DNA from: Anthoceros angustus
Taxonomy: Eukaryota; Plantae; Anthocerotophyta
Direction of reading: 5' to 3'
Assembly: GCA_010909165.1 (NCBI GenBank)
Contig: MU008185.1
Location: forward strand, 310,001-374,000
DNA length: 64,000 nt
In this document: piece by piece, positions 59,580 to 64,000 of the stretch
Layout: the number at the start of each line of letters is the position of its first letter
Position numbering within the stretch: the first letter of the stretch is position 1
Position numbers and translations under genes: made by a program
The notes under the pieces: model-generated
Told to the model about the DNA's origin: nothing
The model's database searches: none
Seen by the model: the letters and a program-made list of their open reading frames with translations, nothing else

Positions 59580-60349
59580 GAAATTCTGCTTAGGACCTGA
59601 AAGTATGCCCTAAACCCCGTAGAAACATATCAATGTACTGTAACTTGAAAACGGACGATGCAGAAACAGGTTCAGTGGACGCAAATCGTTCGACAATCAA
59701 TGATGCAGAGCTGGGTTCCATGGACGCTGATCTCCGGAGGTACCCGTTAGAATCCGAACAGCCGTCGATACTAAGTTCGAAGAGTGAGGTATGTAAAACA
59801 ATTTCAACTCGGAAGCAGAGCAGCACAGCATTTGACGGCGAGCATAGACGCATGGGAACAAGTTAGAACTCACCCTGGAAGTCAGCCGTCAGTGTGTCAA
59901 CCTTCAGGCTCTCAACATGGAGTTGATTCTTCGGACTTGTAGAAGTCAGCAGAGCAATGCATGTCTGCAACTACCGGTGGTGAGGAACTGCCGACCTGGC
60001 ACCTCCTGATGTTGCAAATCACTGCATGATGCATTCTTTGACAGATGCTATATGCTTGGTTTGGTTGCAGCGGAGGCATCTGGGCAGGCACGATGGCGGG
60101 AGAAGTCGCTGGCTAACTCTCCGCTGTGATGCCGGTTCATGTCAGATAAGGTAAATTGGGCACTTGTGGTGATGATGCTCATGTGTTTGCACTGTTTGGG
60201 GCTGGTGTTTTGATCACGCCCCAATGCAGGCAGCCCCAAGTTCGTGTAATGGGTACACAGCACAGCAAGGGAGGTAAACCACGTGAAGAGGAACATCTGA
60301 GTAAGGAGTAAGGCCGTTGAGGTCCTGGACCTTCTGGTGCAGCCAGGGT

Positions 60350-61450
60350 GGTATGTACACGTCCGCATCTTTCTTCCATCAGGTCATCAAGAGGTGCATT
60401 GCACACAAAGATCTGGGTGCTGGCAGGGTGTGCATACCCTGATTGTCAGAAGTGGGTATGTGGCAGCAGATTCTTTGCTAATCACGTCATCCGCGTGTAT
60501 GCTGCCTATGGAGGTTGGAGGATGCGTTGCAGGTTTTGAATGGATTGGCTGCTCCCAATGCTTATTCGTGGTCCTCCAGAGTTGAGGCACATGTTGACAA
60601 TGGACAGGCCAGGCAGGCAATCGAGATCTATTTGAGGATGGAACAGTCATCCCCTATGTTGGCAGCTAATCTTCTGTTTGTGGCAGCATTTAAGGCTTGT
60701 GCCAGTGCAGAAGATCTGACATCAGGCAGACAGGTCCATTCCGATGTCCTGAGTAGTGTGCTTGAGCCTGATGTGTTTGTTGGGAGCTGCCTGGTGGAAA
60801 TGTATGCAAGATGTGGGAGGTTGGATGATGCTCGCACAATCTTTGACAAGTTGGACTCGAGAAACGTGGTCACATGGAATACGGTGCTTGGAGGGTATGC
60901 TCAGGGTGGGCGTGGGCAAGAAGCCCTTGCGCTCTATGCAAGTATGCAAGAGGAGGAATCCACCTGCCTGACCATGTCACGTTTTGTGCCTCCTCAAAGC
61001 ATGTGCTAGCAGTGGAACACGACACCAGGAAGGCAGCTTCATTCACAAATACAGGAAGCAGGTGTCGGATCTGAGGTGATGGTGGGAGCTGCCTCATAGA
61101 TATGTATGCAAGATGTGGAAGCTTGGATGATGCCCGGACTGCCTTTGACAACATGACCAGAAGAAATGTGGTGACCTGGAACGTGATGCTCGCAAGATAT
61201 GCTGATGGTGGGCTAGGTGAAGAAGCCCTGTCTCTTTATGCAACTATGCAACAGGAGGGCGTTACTTCAGCAGATCACGTAACTTTGTGTGCCTTCTGAA
61301 AGCATGTAAAAGCATCGGGGCATTGGAGCAGGGAAGGCAGCTACATGACCAGGTTCAGGAGATGGGCTGCAAGTTGACGTGGTCATTTCGAGCTGCCTGG
61401 TGGACATGAATGCAAAGTGTGGGAGCTGAGAGGATGCCCGCAGGGTGTGA
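60350..61450 (+). pseudogene. Frameshifted PLS-class PPR gene
   Basis: FVAAFKACAS, VEMYARCGRLDDARTIFDKLDSRNVVTWN and MYARCGSLDDARTAFD in different frames; no E/DYW domain recognisable. Confidence 0.8.
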
Positions 61451-61889
61451 CTGCCATTGCTTCTGGGAAGCTACGTGCATCCACGACTTGCTCCAAAGAC
61501 AGCTCACCTTGGGAGCATCACGTGGCAGAGGAATATACCTGTTCTACAAAGCAGTCTTAGTGAGATGAAAGAGCATCGCTTGACGGGGTCAAGAGGAACG
61601 TGCCTCATGTTCTGAAGTTCTGGAGCCCAGCAGACAGTGTACGGATTGGGGCTGGACATCTCGCTTCCTTTCACGGAAGAGCCATCTTCATGGACGAAAG
61701 AGAGAGTGCAGCGCTCCTGAGGCTGACAGCCACTCACAAGGCATCCGACAAAGCACAGAAAAATGTCGTCCGAAACCACTGGTGTCAGGAATGCCTTGTC
61801 GTGCAAGTCCACAGTGTAGACAGGTTGGGAACAAGTAGCTAGAGGCGCCTTTGCAGGCGTGCAGAAGTTGCTCCACTGCATGCTTCTCC

Positions 61890-62358
61890 GCGCCGCTGGC
61901 CAGCACTGGCCAGCAGAAGTGGATTCGAATCTCCCAATCACACTTGCACGCTTTTCGTTGCAACTTGCAAGAGCCCACATTGATCCATATAAGATAATTG
62001 GGATGAGCAGGAAGTGGAGTGGGACGCCGTTTGCTCTGCTTGCCTTTTCTTGCAAGTCCTCCTGAGAAGGTGGGACGTTGTTGTGGAGGTTGGGCTATGG
62101 CTGATCCATCTCTTCCTGCCGGCGCCGCTGGCCAGCACTGGCCAGCAGAAGTGGATTCGAATCTCCCAATCACACTTGCACGCTTTTCGTTGCAACTTGC
62201 AAGAGCCCACATTGATCCATATAAGATAATTGGGATGAGCAGGAAGTGGAGTGGGACGCCGTTTGCTCTGCTTGCCTTTCCTTGCAAGTCCTCCTGAGAA
62301 GGTGGGACGTTGTTGTGGAGGTTGGGCTATGGCTGATCCATCTCTTCCTGCCGGCGCC
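61890..62358. repeat. Tandem duplication, 232-bp unit (61890-62121 and 62122-62353)
   Basis: Near-identical copies; GCGCC(CC)GCTGG at the junctions. Confidence 0.95.
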
Positions 62359-64000
62359 CCGCTGGTGGACCTGCTCGAAATCCTCGAGTCCCGCTCGCCG
62401 CAGCTGCGTGCGTTGCTTGCAGAGCTGGAGTCCGACTCGCCAAAGCGGCAGGAACTGCCATCTGTTGATTCGTGGGGAAGCTACTTCAATTGCGACTGCC
62501 AGGACGGGGAATGTCACCACCGCGAGGAGTGGCACTGGGCGGTGCGCTTGCGTCTGCTCACCGCTATCGGCAGATGCCGTACGCTCAGGAAGATTCAACT
62601 GAATCCTCTGTGGAAGAGGGTCACAGCGTGAGGCGGGACGAGGCGTTGGCGCTCTTTTCAGGCTTGCAACACAACCTTGTGCTGGAGGAGCTGAATCTGT
62701 TTGGCTACAAGGGGTTTGGGACGGCAGCAGCGTGCCTCCAGGCACTGAGTGCTGTCATCGACAGAACTCATCGCTCACTGGACTTCCTCGGTCTGCAATC
62801 TGTGGGATTGAGTGCAGAAGGACTGGGTGCCATCGCTGCAGCCCTTGGACGCAATGTCAGCTCTTCAGTGCTGTCCAGATTGTCTCTGTGTGGGAACGAC
62901 ATCGGAATGCTGTCGGGGCGCAACACTTGGCCGACATCCTTACCAAGTCGCCCAAGCTGCGCAATCTCTGGATGAGCAACCATAGGCATGGACGAGGAAG
63001 GAGCCGTGGTGATTGCAGGCCCTGGCGCATACCACTACACTGGCTGGGCTTAGAATCGGAGATCCTGCGGAATCCAAACCGGCCCGCGCCCATGTTCCTC
63101 GTTCCATTGCTCCAAGCTTTGGTGTGGCACACCCTGGCGGATCCTCCAGCTGCTGTTTCTGGCAATCACTCCATCACACGGCTTGTCCTTGAGTGTCCGG
63201 GAGGCCAGGAGGCTGTGGAGCCGGGGCTGGGAGAAGCCCTGGCTCAGGTGCTGCACCAACCGGGCTCTGAAAGACCTCAGACTATCCAGCTTCTTCGTCA
63301 CACGCGGATTGGGAGCTCTGCGGGAAAACAGCAGCATCACCAAACTCCTGGTGTTTCACTCGCGGCAGTCGGAGGATGATGACATGGATCCCATCCTGAC
63401 CACCATCCTGGATGAGTGCAAGACTGTTGAGGAGGTTCAGATCCGGTTTGACAAGCCCTTTGGTCCGTCCAGCTTCACCAAGGCGTTTTTCAAGGGTTGC
63501 TGCAGAAAACCGCAGCATCAACAGGCTGGTGTTGGATGGCTGGGATGGGCTGGACGACGAGATGTTTGAAGACCTGATTCAATCCCTGTCTACCAACACC
63601 AACACCCACCTCAGGCTGGATCACATCTCCATCAAGGGCACCTCATGGGAAAAGCAAGGCAGGGGCGAACGTCTGGAGAAAGCGTTGGGAGCTGCGCGAG
63701 TGCAGCCGCAGCTGCGTGCGTTGCTCGCAGACTTGGAGTCCGAGTCGCCAGTGCTGCAAGAACTCCCATCTGTGGATTTGTGGGAAGCTATTTCGATTGC
63801 CTTTGCCAGGAGGCCTACAGGAGTGTCAACACCGGGGCAGTGGCAGTGGTACGTACGCCTGCGCCTGCTCACAGCTATCGGCAAATGCCGGTCGCTGAGG
63901 AAGATTCATCTGAATCCTCCGGGAGGAGGGCACTTACAGCGTGAGGGAGGTAGAGGCGCTGGCTCTGCTATCAGGCTTGCAACACAACCTTGTGCTGGAG
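62330..64000 (+). pseudogene. Ribonuclease-inhibitor-type LRR gene (TORNADO1/NLRC3-like), frameshifted as assembled, running off the window
   Basis: LEELNLFG, LSAEGLGAIAAALGRN, LSRLSLCGNDIG, NHSITRLVL, NRALKDLRL, RENSSITKL; a second homologous ~1.3-kb unit begins at ~63705. Confidence 0.8.

Noticed and set aside
61450-61890. Possible DYW/DYW:KP domain after the broken PPR
   Set aside because: No PG/KP box, HxE or CxxC motif found in the frames inspected.

Overview
Gene-dense eukaryotic nuclear DNA from a land plant with short (~80-120 bp) GT-AG introns. The gene content (HSPA12-type Hsp70, PDF-motif PLS-class PPR, ribonuclease-inhibitor-type LRR family, TMC homologue) suggests a non-seed plant such as a hornwort, another bryophyte or a lycophyte; this taxon call is inference. 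Recognisable genes, in order: PEPCK-like, At5g03900-like plastid protein, dirigent, HSPA12-like Hsp70, PI-PLC, prefoldin 5, FLD/LDL demethylase, N6AMT1/HEMK2, SETD9-like, a PDF-PPR locus, TMC-like channel, a CxxxGC...HGGG zinc-finger repeat protein and RPT5. Broken PPR and LRR genes lie at the window ends. Most notable observations: (1) a multi-exon, apparently intact TMC (transmembrane channel-like) gene in a plant; (2) a PPR locus where one leader carrying an OSB-type PDF motif can be spliced in frame to either or both of two complete PLS-E+ arrays; (3) a small retroposon family with a 3' stem-loop and (TTC)n tail, including an ORF1-only element and a 42-bp insertion with a perfect 15-bp target-site duplication; (4) three tandem duplications with junction microhomology, plus homopolymer-type frameshifts that may be long-read assembly artefacts. 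All calls come from manual reading with no database searches, and exon boundaries are predictions.
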